A stretch of 64,000 nucleotides of DNA from Candidatus Latescibacterota bacterium (lineage in GTDB: Bacteria > Latescibacterota > UBA2968 > UBA8231), in assembly GCA_965200315.1 (NCBI GenBank), contig OZ241362.1:3712001-3776000 (forward strand). Direction: 5' to 3'. The translations under genes were made by a program, and so were the position numbers. Under the pieces are notes generated by a model, which was given only the letters and a program-made list of their open reading frames with translations, did no database searches and was not told where the DNA came from. This document shows positions 19,717-29,159 of this stretch, piece by piece; positions within the stretch are counted from its first letter, which is position 1; each line of letters begins with the position of its first letter.

Positions 19717-20007
19717 TAGTTGCCCGCTTCGTCTGGGCAGCGTCCCCCTGTTTTTGGGTTTGGAGACCGCCTATCGCGTTTGGTTAATACAGAAGCCGCT
19801 CGGCGCATTGCTTTGGCTGTGGCCGAATCATCAGTGAAGGCTTCTGAGTCGTTTCCGCTAAACCTCAATTGAAATTGAAAGACTGCTCTTTAATTGAGAC
19901 TGACGAGCAGCACGCCGAGCGCATTCGGCTATAGCTCGCTATTTGACGCCGCCAGCTCCTGCCCTTTAGGGGCTTGCGAGCACGTCAAACGATAGGCGTC
20001 GATAGGT
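19717..20007 (+). ncRNA. Candidate structured 5' leader RNA of sprA (unclassified)
   Basis: At least seven perfect 6-9 bp complementary pairs in ~290 nt, some mutually crossing (see findings). Confidence 0.4.
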
Positions 20008-23000
20008 GTGAATTTAGAGGTGTTTCTCCGCTTTTCCCGCCAAGCGTTTTCCTCGTGGCTGTGTGTTTGCTTGCTCTCGGTAGTGTCGTACGCCGAGCCT
20101 AGTCTGCACTTCGAGCCGCTATATGGCCTGCTTTCCCAGCGCTTTGCAGTCCCTAGCCAAACTGCCTTTGGGGCTGGCCAACCGCTCTTGCCCGCCCCCG
20201 ACCGTGCGCCGATCTCATACCAAGCCGCAGTGGACTCCATGGGAGTGGCCCACTACGGCCGCCGCGTCAGTGGATTCCCCGAGGGACCAACGGTCGCCGT
20301 GGCTCTAGACGACTATCTCCGCATAGAATACCAAGCTAAGCACCGACAACTTTGGCGCCAGCAAATCCGCCGCGACTTTCGCAGCACAGCTTCCAAGCAG
20401 CGCCAGCGCAGGGGCAGCCGCTTTGAGTGGACTGTGCCCTTTTCCGCGCCCAAGCCCCTGCGGCGCTTTATCGGCGACGAAGGCCCCAGCCTCGCACTCA
20501 ATGGTTCGCGCACCATCATCATTTCTGGCAAGAGCGAGTGGACCGACGGCGAGGTACAGACCTCGTTTGGACGCAGTTCCAAGTTCCCCTCGCTGGGCAT
20601 CGAACAGGAATCCGATTTCACGGTAGAAGGCAAAGTCGGCGAGCTGATCAACATACGCATCGACCAAGACACCCAAAACTTCGGCTCGGCCGTTGGCTCC
20701 AATTTGGGCGATCAGCTATCCAACCAGATCAAGCTCGATTACGAAGGCGAGGAAGATTCCATATTCCAAGAGGTGCAGGCCGGCAACACCACCCTAGAGC
20801 TGCCCAATACGCGCTTCGTCGGCTTCCGGCAGAAAAACAAGGGGCTCTTTGGCATCCGCGCTAAAGGACACGTCGGGCCGCTGACCTTTACGACCGTAGC
20901 CAGCCACGAAAAGAGCAAATCCAACCGCCAGACCTTCAAGGGCGGAGCGGCCATCGACACCCTCCAACTCAAAGACTACCAATACATCCGCAACACGTAT
21001 TTCTTCTTGCACGAGTTCTACCGAGCCCACCTCCCCGACTTCCGCCGGCTGTTGAACGGAGCGCAGTTTGGCCCGGAAAACTTTGTCGATATCAGCCGCC
21101 TCGAAGTCTATATCAACGACTTCAATACGCGAAATGACGCCGAACTGTTCGCCAAGCCCGGTGTTGCGTGGGTCGATCCGTCCGATTCCCTCTCCACCAT
21201 CGAATGCTTTGACGCGGCGGGCAATCTTCTGCGCAACAGCGGCTGCTTTGAGGAGGGGACCTGGCACCGGCTCGACCCGGACGACGACTACTCGGTCGTG
21301 GCCGAGGCGGGTTATATCATCCTCAACAGGCCCGTATCCGATCCCTATGCCATGGCCGTGCATTTCAAAACCAATGCGCCGGACTTCGACGGTACGCTCC
21401 AACAAGAGACGACGCGGCTCAAAGCCGGCGCAGAATCCGACTCCTTGTACCTGAAGCTGATCAAAGCCCGCAATCCCCGCCCGGGTTTTCCCACTTGGGA
21501 TCTAGAGTGGAAAAACGTGTACCGCATTGCCTCTGGGTTTTCCACTGGCCGCCGCTTCGATCCCAAGACTTTGCAGATCGATATCGCCAAGGAAGTGCCC
21601 GGCCAAGAGGACCAACTTTCTCAGCAGGGTCGCTCCTATTTGCAGATTTTGGGTTTGGACGAGCGCGGCAAAGACCCCGGTAGCGCGTCCGACCGCGTCA
21701 TCGACGCCGACTACATAGGGCTGGACGACATCCGCGGGCACTTGATTTTCCCCGACCAGCGGCCCTTTGATCCGCGCTCCAACAAATATCGCGGCCTACT
21801 CGACGAACCCGTCTCCGCCATCTACGACGAGCAGCAGCAGCGCGCCCAGATCGAGGCCAGCCGCTACAAAATCCTCGTCCGCGCCGCCTCCTCGGAGCAG
21901 CGCATCCGGCTGGGTGGTATCTTCGGCGGCGTCCGGCCCGAGACCGTCGAGGTCCAGCTAAACGGCCGATCCTTGACGCGAGACACCGACTACCGAGTTG
22001 ATTACACGGGCGGCGTGACGTTTATCGGCTCGGTCGCTCAGGAAGTGGCCGACCCCGGCGCGGACTTGGAAATCTCCTTTGAATCCGAGGACGTCTTCAA
22101 TATCGGCAGTCAGCAAAAGACCCTGTTGGGCCTGCGCACCGAGTACGAGTTCTGGGGTGGCGACGGGCGCATGGGCAGCACCATGATCTACAACAACGAG
22201 CGTTCGAGCGACCGGCGGGTGCGGGTGGGCAATGAGCCGACGCGCACGGTGATCTGGAACCTCGACTTGCGCGCCCGGCGCGAAGTGCCAATCCTCACCC
22301 GCGTCGTCGATATGCTACCGCTGGTCAAGACGGCCGTTCCCTCGGAAGTCACCCTTGACGCCGAAATCGCGCAAAGCCGCCCCAATCTCAATACCAAGGG
22401 ACGCGGCTACATCGACGATTTTGAAGACAGCGAGCGGCCCATTTCCCTAGTTGTCAACCGCACGCGCTGGGCACCTGCTAGCGCACCGGCTGGTGCGCGC
22501 TTCGGCGCGGAAAATCGCGCACATTTCATCTGGTACAATCCCTACAACGGGGTGCTGCGCACCGACATCTGGCCCAACCAAGAAGAGCAAATCGAAGCCC
22601 AAAACCGGCGCACCGACATCCTAGCCCTAGAGCTACTGCCGCGCCTCGAAGCCGCCGAGTCTTGGGGCGGAGTCTCCCTCGCCTTTTCGACTGTCAACGA
22701 CTTGTCCGAGTCCAAGTTCCTAGAGGTATGGGTCCGCGGCCAAGAGGGCACTTTGCACGTGAACTTGGGCGACCAAATAAACGAGGACTACATCGCCAAT
22801 GGCCGCCTCGACACCGAAGACGAGCCTTTCCCCGGGCAAGCCGCAGGGGATGGGTTGGTGTCGCGCGAGGAAGACGTGGGCATCGACGGCCGCAACGACG
22901 AAGCCGAGTTGAACCTCTACTTGCGGCTGCAAGACGCTGCGTTCGACACCACCCGCTCCCTAGCCGAGCGGAAGCAAGCCTTTGCCGCGCTCTACCCAGA

Positions 23001-26000
23001 CCCCGATCCCCTGCGCCCCAACCGCTCGCCCGACGACCCCGAAGGAGACAACTGGAAATACGACGCTCAGCACAAGAACGATTACAGCCACATCAACGGA
23101 ACCGAGAACAACAAAAAAGATGTCGAAAGCGGCGATCGCCCGGACACCGAAGATCTCAACAACAATGGCGTACTCGACCGACGCAACAACTACTACCACT
23201 ACGAAATCGACCTGTCGTCGAGCCATTACGAGATTGCCGGGACCCAAAACAAGGGCTGGCGGCAGCTCCGCGTGCCCCTGTTCGGCCCCCACGTCGAGCG
23301 CGTGGGCTTGCCCGACTCCACCCGCATCGAATACGCGCGCCTGATGCTTTCAAGCGAGCCACGGGCGGACTCAGCAGACACCGTGCGAACCGAGATCGCG
23401 CTCGTGGAAATCGTGGGCAACAAGTGGCAGGAAGACGAAGTAGTGCAGCTCGATGATCGCTTCCCGCTCGGCGACCGCGAGGCTCTCGACGTCACGGTCA
23501 TCGGCACCGACAAAAGCCAGAGCTACCGGCCGCCACCCGGCGTGAAGATCCGCCGCAACGTGCAGTCGCGCACCCGCGAACGCGAGCAGTCCCTCGTGCT
23601 GGCCTACGAAAACCTAGAGCCTGGTCACCAGATGTCGGCAACTCGAATCCTGACCCGCTCTGCCAATTACACCAACTACGAGCGGCTGCGCATGTACGTC
23701 TATGGCGATTCGAGCGGGACCATTGAATACGCCCACGGCGATTCGAGCGACTTGGTGCTCTTCGTGCGCTTTGGCGTGGATTCGACCAACTACTACGAGA
23801 CCATCAGCCCCATTTTTCCGGGTTGGACAGGGGGGCGCAAGGGCTGGAAGGGCAATCAAGTAGATGTGGATCTGCCGGTCATCTCCCAACTCAAGGCCCT
23901 GCTGCAATCCGGGCAGGCCGATACCACCACGGGCGAGTTCTATTACACCTATCGGGTAATTGACTCGCGCGGGGCACCGCTAGACGGCAAGAGCTTGATC
24001 TCTCAACGCGAGTTGGATGTGCTGCACACGGCGGGCTACGACCCCCAAGTCGAGCGCTTTTCCCTAGACCAAGTCTTTGCGCGGTCGGGCCTGCGCAGCG
24101 GCGAGCAAGCCATTTATCGGGTGCGCGGCAACCCGTCAATGCAGTCGATCAAGCAACTGAGCATTGGCCTGCGCAACCGCGCCGCAAACCGTGCGTACAG
24201 CGGCCGCATCTTCCTCAATGAGTTGCGCCTCGACGAGGCGCGCAACGATCCCGGGCTGGCCGCGTACGCCCAGATCAACACCAAGCTAGCCGACTTTGCC
24301 AACCTCGGCGGCAACGTGCTCTGGCGGCAGGAAAACTTCCGCAGCTTTACCGGCCAAGGCGGCAACAGTACAGACCGCGAAGCCGCGCTGTCGGTATCCA
24401 CCAACGCGCAAAAGCTCCTGCCGAGTAGCTGGGGATTTTTGATCCCGACCAAGGTAAATATCAGTCGCTCGACCAGCTTGCCGCGCTTCGGCCCCGGCTC
24501 GGACGTGGAACTGACCGCCGAAGAGAAGCTAGAGCAACAAGCCGTTCACTCCAAAGAATTCTACGACGTGTCCATCAGCCGGCGGCAGGGCAAAAACTTC
24601 TTCCTGCGCTGGACCCTCGACCAGATGAATCTACGGCTGTCTCATTCGCGCGAACACAGTTCGGACCCGGTGCGCCCGATCAACGAGCGCGAGGCCCAGA
24701 CGATGAACTTCAACTACAGCATGCCCCTGCCCAAACCAGAACTGCGGATCATGAACTGGCTGCCGACGTTCATGCCCAAGGGCTGGACGCGGATGAAGTT
24801 CCGCCCGCTGCCGACGAGCCTGACCTACGCGGTCAACGGCAGCCGACGCACCTCGCGGCTGCTGCGCCGCGGCGACGACCAGCCGACCGCACAGGAGGAC
24901 TTTACGCTCGTCGAAACCTATGCTTCTAAGCTCAATCCGCTCTCCGGTCTATCGGCCAACTACAACCTCAAAATCGACCGAGACTTGCGCAAAAAATTCG
25001 TCCCCGACAAGCGCAGCTTTGGGCGCGAGGTCGGGCGCAGACAAACAGCCGACTTGGGCTTTTCGCTGCGCTTAGTCTCGTGGCTGGACCAAAACTACAC
25101 CTTCAAGGCCAATTACGAAGAGCAAAATGATCCAGCGCAGCGGCGCGGAGCAGCCCCGATCGATTCGATCAGCGGCCTGCCGTTCAATACCCTTGAAATT
25201 CGCAACCAGAACGACCTGTCCGTACGCCTCAATTTCAAAATCCCAACCCTGCTCAAGACCTTGGGCCAGTCCCCGGCACAAAGCCGCAAGGCGCAACAGC
25301 GCGACGACCGAGACCGCAATCGAAACCGAAACATGCCAACCGCGAAGGAAGGCCAAGACGAACAGAAGCAAAGCAAAGACGACAACAAGAAAAACCAAGA
25401 CGAAGAAGAGCAAAGCAAAGCAAAGCCGCCGCAAGGCCCCAATATCCTCCTCCGCCTCGCTGGATGGACTGGCCGCCTCGTCGAGCCGGTCAACGCGAGT
25501 TGGCGGCGCAACACCAACTCGCGCCACTTCAATTTGCTGCACCGGCCCTCGCTTTCCTATCAACTCGGCCTTGAAGACACACTGCGGGTGCGGCAAGTGT
25601 CCCAAGGGCTGACCCACCAAGACAATTGGGCCCACACGTCCTCGTTTGAGACTGGCTCGGGGATGAGGTTGCCCTTTGGCATTAGCATCAAAGTCAACTC
25701 TAAGGAGCAGACCACACAGCGCAGCGGTGCTTCGCAGCAACGGCTGCGCTTGCGCAACGAGCGGACCTACCCGCGCGTGAGTCTTAGCTGGGGACGAGCC
25801 GACCGGATTCCGTTGATAAAGCGAGCGATCAACAGCGCACAGGTAAACGCGAGTTTTGAAACTTCGGAGGCCAGCGAGGGCGCGGGCAGCCTCGAGCCCG
25901 GACGCCTGCTCTCCGAGGAGACCAAGACCGAGTTTAGGGCGTCGTGGAATGGCCGTTGGCGCTGGGGACCGACCACGACCATCGAGCGCGTGCTCTCCAC

Positions 26001-26400
26001 CTCGGAGAGCCGCGATTTTGAACCAACTACTGGGGGAAGCGGCGGCGAGCAGCCCCTGCGCGGCACCCGCGACCGAGAGCAGGTGACCACCACCTTCAAG
26101 ATCACCCATAACCTCAAGTCGCGGCGACTGCCCCTAATAGGCCGGCTCAAAAGCGACGTCACCCTCAATTTAGAACAGAAGTTTGAAGGAGAAACGCGCT
26201 CCATCGCCACCGGCAACGAAGAACGCTTCACCAATGGCAAAGAGAACCGCTGGCGCACTCAGTTGTCCATGACCTACAATTTCAGCACGAATTTCCGCGG
26301 CGAGGGGCGGATTCGCATCGAAAACAACAAGGACCACCTCAGAGACAAGACGCGAAAAATCCGCGAAGTGCGGCTTTCGGGCACATTTTTCCTCCGCTAA
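20008..26400 (+). CDS. sprA: Cell surface protein SprA homolog (T9SS-type large outer-membrane translocon)
   Basis: 2130 aa; 'NQIKLDYEGEEDSIFQEVQAGN', 'GLFGI', 'WDLEWKNVY', 'QQKTLLGLR', 'YIDDFE', 'PDTEDLNNNG', 'EQSLVL', 'IFLNELRL' match SprA-type motifs; beta-strand-rich C-terminus. Confidence 0.88.
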   Translation: MNLEVFLRFSRQAFSSWLCVCLLSVVSYAEPSLHFEPLYGLLSQRFAVPSQTAFGAGQPLLPAPDRAPISYQAAVDSMGVAHYGRRVSGFPEGPTVAVALDDYLRIEYQAKHRQLWRQQIRRDFRSTASKQRQRRGSRFEWTVPFSAPKPLRRFIGDEGPSLALNGSRTIIISGKSEWTDGEVQTSFGRSSKFPSLGIEQESDFTVEGKVGELINIRIDQDTQNFGSAVGSNLGDQLSNQIKLDYEGEEDSIFQEVQAGNTTLELPNTRFVGFRQKNKGLFGIRAKGHVGPLTFTTVASHEKSKSNRQTFKGGAAIDTLQLKDYQYIRNTYFFLHEFYRAHLPDFRRLLNGAQFGPENFVDISRLEVYINDFNTRNDAELFAKPGVAWVDPSDSLSTIECFDAAGNLLRNSGCFEEGTWHRLDPDDDYSVVAEAGYIILNRPVSDPYAMAVHFKTNAPDFDGTLQQETTRLKAGAESDSLYLKLIKARNPRPGFPTWDLEWKNVYRIASGFSTGRRFDPKTLQIDIAKEVPGQEDQLSQQGRSYLQILGLDERGKDPGSASDRVIDADYIGLDDIRGHLIFPDQRPFDPRSNKYRGLLDEPVSAIYDEQQQRAQIEASRYKILVRAASSEQRIRLGGIFGGVRPETVEVQLNGRSLTRDTDYRVDYTGGVTFIGSVAQEVADPGADLEISFESEDVFNIGSQQKTLLGLRTEYEFWGGDGRMGSTMIYNNERSSDRRVRVGNEPTRTVIWNLDLRARREVPILTRVVDMLPLVKTAVPSEVTLDAEIAQSRPNLNTKGRGYIDDFEDSERPISLVVNRTRWAPASAPAGARFGAENRAHFIWYNPYNGVLRTDIWPNQEEQIEAQNRRTDILALELLPRLEAAESWGGVSLAFSTVNDLSESKFLEVWVRGQEGTLHVNLGDQINEDYIANGRLDTEDEPFPGQAAGDGLVSREEDVGIDGRNDEAELNLYLRLQDAAFDTTRSLAERKQAFAALYPDPDPLRPNRSPDDPEGDNWKYDAQHKNDYSHINGTENNKKDVESGDRPDTEDLNNNGVLDRRNNYYHYEIDLSSSHYEIAGTQNKGWRQLRVPLFGPHVERVGLPDSTRIEYARLMLSSEPRADSADTVRTEIALVEIVGNKWQEDEVVQLDDRFPLGDREALDVTVIGTDKSQSYRPPPGVKIRRNVQSRTREREQSLVLAYENLEPGHQMSATRILTRSANYTNYERLRMYVYGDSSGTIEYAHGDSSDLVLFVRFGVDSTNYYETISPIFPGWTGGRKGWKGNQVDVDLPVISQLKALLQSGQADTTTGEFYYTYRVIDSRGAPLDGKSLISQRELDVLHTAGYDPQVERFSLDQVFARSGLRSGEQAIYRVRGNPSMQSIKQLSIGLRNRAANRAYSGRIFLNELRLDEARNDPGLAAYAQINTKLADFANLGGNVLWRQENFRSFTGQGGNSTDREAALSVSTNAQKLLPSSWGFLIPTKVNISRSTSLPRFGPGSDVELTAEEKLEQQAVHSKEFYDVSISRRQGKNFFLRWTLDQMNLRLSHSREHSSDPVRPINEREAQTMNFNYSMPLPKPELRIMNWLPTFMPKGWTRMKFRPLPTSLTYAVNGSRRTSRLLRRGDDQPTAQEDFTLVETYASKLNPLSGLSANYNLKIDRDLRKKFVPDKRSFGREVGRRQTADLGFSLRLVSWLDQNYTFKANYEEQNDPAQRRGAAPIDSISGLPFNTLEIRNQNDLSVRLNFKIPTLLKTLGQSPAQSRKAQQRDDRDRNRNRNMPTAKEGQDEQKQSKDDNKKNQDEEEQSKAKPPQGPNILLRLAGWTGRLVEPVNASWRRNTNSRHFNLLHRPSLSYQLGLEDTLRVRQVSQGLTHQDNWAHTSSFETGSGMRLPFGISIKVNSKEQTTQRSGASQQRLRLRNERTYPRVSLSWGRADRIPLIKRAINSAQVNASFETSEASEGAGSLEPGRLLSEETKTEFRASWNGRWRWGPTTTIERVLSTSESRDFEPTTGGSGGEQPLRGTRDREQVTTTFKITHNLKSRRLPLIGRLKSDVTLNLEQKFEGETRSIATGNEERFTNGKENRWRTQLSMTYNFSTNFRGEGRIRIENNKDHLRDKTRKIREVRLSGTFFLR

Positions 26401-26435
26401 ATCATATTGCCCGGCGCGGCTGTGGGAGGTATTAT

Positions 26436-26801
26436 TTGTTTAATCAACGCGAGCAACGCGCACTCATTGGCCTGACAGCGGCTTTGCTCATCGGGATGCT
26501 CGTCGCCATCGGCGATTGGTATCGTCCCTCGCAGTCAGAGGAATTCAGCGTCGTGCCACGCGCAGTCGCTCCGCCGCCACCGCGCCAAGTGGCAGCCGCC
26601 GAGCAGGGGCCGCTATCGCTCAATTCGGCTACGGTAGAAGAATTAGTCGCACTGCCGGCAATCGGCCCCAAGATCGCCGAGCGGATCGTCGCCTTCCGCC
26701 GCGAGCGCGGTCCTTTTACACGGCTAGAGCAACTAACCGAAGTCAATGGCATCGGTGCAAAGACGCTAGAAAAGCTCCGTCCTTTGATCACAGTGGAGTA
26801 G
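26436..26801 (+). CDS. comEA: ComEA-family helix-hairpin-helix DNA-binding protein
   Basis: N-terminal TM segment then 'LNSATVEELVALPAIGPKIAERIVAFR..GPF..LEQLTEVNGIGAKTLEKL'. Confidence 0.9.
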   Translation: MFNQREQRALIGLTAALLIGMLVAIGDWYRPSQSEEFSVVPRAVAPPPPRQVAAAEQGPLSLNSATVEELVALPAIGPKIAERIVAFRRERGPFTRLEQLTEVNGIGAKTLEKLRPLITVE

Positions 26802-26824
26802 AGACCACTTTGTAGAAGAAGGGA

Positions 26825-27718
26825 TTGAGATTGTTTGGATTTGGCAGGACAAAGGCCACTGGGATTCACATCAGCGGCCAGACCATGCGCATCGCCGCCC
26901 TAGACGCTGACCGCACTGGCGTCCGGCCGCTAGTCTTGACAGCCGAGGAGTTGGAGCGCCCCTTCGACCCGGTGGCTCTGAGCGACGAGCAGCAGCGACA
27001 AGAGCTAGCCACCAAGTTAGCCGCGCTCGCGGCGACCTATAACTTCGACTATAGCACGGCCTGTTTCTCGCTAGACCGGCGCTTGGGTCTCATTCAGCGT
27101 CGGCCCCTCGTGTCGGGGACTGAGCGCGAAAACCGCCAACAACTCCTGTGGGAAGCCGAGCAGCTTTTGACCGAAGACGCGAAGGCGTTTAGCTGTGATT
27201 TTGTGCTGACCTCCGAGTGGGGCTTTGTGGTGGCGGCGCGCCACCGCGCACTCAATGGCTACCGAGTCCTAGGCAAGGCCACAGCAGCCGGTCGGCTCGA
27301 CGTGGATCTAGTGCCTTTTGCCCTGTACAACGCCAGCGAATGCGCCAATCTGCTCGCCAAAGATACATTCTCGCTCCTGCTCTACGCGGATGTGAGCGAG
27401 GCTTGGCTCCTGCTAATAGCGGAGGGCGAGCTGTATGCACTGACCAGTTGCTGCTGGGAGCAAGAGGATGACGCGCCCGCAGCCTTAGAAGGCGCAGCGC
27501 GCAAACTGCTAAGTGCGGGCGGCAACAGCCCCCAACGCCTGTGGGGCGCCGGCTTCGTGTATTGGAGCGAGGGCTTAGCCGCGCATTTAGGGATGCCACA
27601 TTCAATCCTCGACCCACTCGCCGCCGTCAAACCCAAGCTGCTCGGCAGCACTCCGCCCGCACAGCGATCCGAGTATGCCATTGCCGTCGGGCTAGCTCAG
27701 CGGGGGTTGGTGCGGTGA
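26825..27718 (+). CDS. PilM-like (actin-fold) pilus assembly protein, divergent
   Basis: 'TGIHISGQTMRIAAL', 'WEAEQLL', 'VDLVPFALYN', C-terminal 'YAIAVGLAQRG'. Confidence 0.7.
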   Translation: MRLFGFGRTKATGIHISGQTMRIAALDADRTGVRPLVLTAEELERPFDPVALSDEQQRQELATKLAALAATYNFDYSTACFSLDRRLGLIQRRPLVSGTERENRQQLLWEAEQLLTEDAKAFSCDFVLTSEWGFVVAARHRALNGYRVLGKATAAGRLDVDLVPFALYNASECANLLAKDTFSLLLYADVSEAWLLLIAEGELYALTSCCWEQEDDAPAALEGAARKLLSAGGNSPQRLWGAGFVYWSEGLAAHLGMPHSILDPLAAVKPKLLGSTPPAQRSEYAIAVGLAQRGLVR

Positions 27719-28668
27719 TCCGCGTCGAGCTTCTCGGTCGCCAACGCCAAGGGCGGTCGCCTTGGTCCAAAGCCTTGCTTTCGCTCCTAGTCGTCTGTGG
27801 CGGACTATACGGCACCCACCACTTCTTTCCCGCGCTGCCCGGGTCGTTTTTTAGCGCGAGTTCTGCCCTTATTGCCGCGGCGCAGCAAGAGATCGCACCT
27901 CCGCAAGAGACCATCCCAAGCTCCGAAGAGGTGATCTCTAGACCGGTGGAAGAAACCGCCTCCAAGCCTGCGGCGCAGCCAGAGACCGCCCACAGCTCTA
28001 CGGCAGAAGCGACTCCGAGTCCTGAGCAAGAGACCGCATCAAGCCCCGTGGTCCAGCAAGAAGCAACACCCCGTCCCAACCCAACGCCGTCCCAGCGCAG
28101 CACGGCCTGCCACCAAGTTATGTGGGTTGACGAACAGGTTCCCACCGGAATTCGCGTGGCTTCGCTGAATTGCAACTCAATCGGGGAATACTGGCTGGAG
28201 GGGACCAGCTCCTCGTACAAAACACTGCGCGAGTTTAGGCTGCGCTTGCAGGCATTGCCATCGCGGGTATCGTTTTCAATTTGGCGGGAGGAGCACACGC
28301 TGCGCTTTTCATTTCAAGGCCGCTTTCCCGAGCGAGATACCCCTCCACTCGCGGTCCTCTCGTCCAACCAAGCAGAGCAATTTTTGGGCAAAGTGGCCCG
28401 CTGGGCCGGCGCCAGTGGCCTAGACAGCCTGTCGTTCGAAGAGCCCATCCATAAGTCCTTGTCGCCGCTGCGTACGCACCAGCGGCAAAAATTGCGCGGC
28501 ATTGGCTCCCCTCAGCAGATCGACTCCTTCTTGCAGCAGTTGCAACAAGCCGAGGCGGCCGCGACTCTCGGCGAGGTTTTGCTCGTGCCCGTCAAAAGCG
28601 ACGAGCGCGGCTGGGTCAAAGCACGGCTCTATGCGGCCGTGGACATTATTGTGGACACCCCCCGATGA
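27715..28668 (+). CDS. Hypothetical membrane-anchored protein, possibly PilN/PilO-like
   Basis: Starts 'VIRVELL' (like PilN 'I.INLL') overlapping the pilM-like stop; TM helix; Pro/Thr/Glu-rich linker. Confidence 0.55.
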   Translation: MIRVELLGRQRQGRSPWSKALLSLLVVCGGLYGTHHFFPALPGSFFSASSALIAAAQQEIAPPQETIPSSEEVISRPVEETASKPAAQPETAHSSTAEATPSPEQETASSPVVQQEATPRPNPTPSQRSTACHQVMWVDEQVPTGIRVASLNCNSIGEYWLEGTSSSYKTLREFRLRLQALPSRVSFSIWREEHTLRFSFQGRFPERDTPPLAVLSSNQAEQFLGKVARWAGASGLDSLSFEEPIHKSLSPLRTHQRQKLRGIGSPQQIDSFLQQLQQAEAAATLGEVLLVPVKSDERGWVKARLYAAVDIIVDTPR

Positions 28669-29159
28669 ACGCCTTGGCAGATACAGCCATCTACCCCGGC
28701 AGCTTCGACCCCATCACCTTTGGCCACCTGAACATTCTGGAGCGGGCCTTGGACATCTTCTCCCAAGTCACCCTACTGGTGGCGATCAATCCCAACAAAG
28801 AGCCGCTCTTTTCGCTGGAGGAGAGCCGGGCGATGATCTCCGAGGCCATTAGCCACTGGCCCCAAGCCAAGGTCGATTTCCACGACGGCCTGACCGTTGA
28901 CTATGCTCAGCAGCACAACATCCGCACGGCCGTGCGGGGCCTGCGGGCGGTGACCGACTTCGAGCACGAGTTTGCCATGGCCCTGACCAACCGCTCGCTG
29001 TGGCCAGAGTTCGACACAGTTTTTCTAATGACCAAGGCCGAGTATATGTACCTCAGTTCGTCGGTCGTGCGCCAAGTGGCGCAAATGGGCGGGCAGTTGA
29101 ACCAGTTCGTGCCGCCTTGTATCGAGTGCTGCCTGCGGGAGAAATTCCACAATGCCTGA
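28665..29159 (+). CDS. coaD: Pantetheine-phosphate adenylyltransferase
   Basis: YPGSFDPITFGH, RGLRAVTDFEHE, LSSSVVR. Confidence 0.97.
   Translation: MNALADTAIYPGSFDPITFGHLNILERALDIFSQVTLLVAINPNKEPLFSLEESRAMISEAISHWPQAKVDFHDGLTVDYAQQHNIRTAVRGLRAVTDFEHEFAMALTNRSLWPEFDTVFLMTKAEYMYLSSSVVRQVAQMGGQLNQFVPPCIECCLREKFHNA

Noticed and set aside
19717-20007. tmRNA, RNase P, 6S RNA or cobalamin/TPP riboswitch identity for the sprA leader
   Set aside because: Lacks tRNA-like ends and the conserved sequence boxes of those families; kept only as an unclassified candidate
25270-25440. Purine-rich low-complexity stretch in sprA as a repeat or inserted element
   Set aside because: In-frame charged linker (RDRNRNR, KQSKDDNKKNQDEEE) with no unit repeat or terminal repeats
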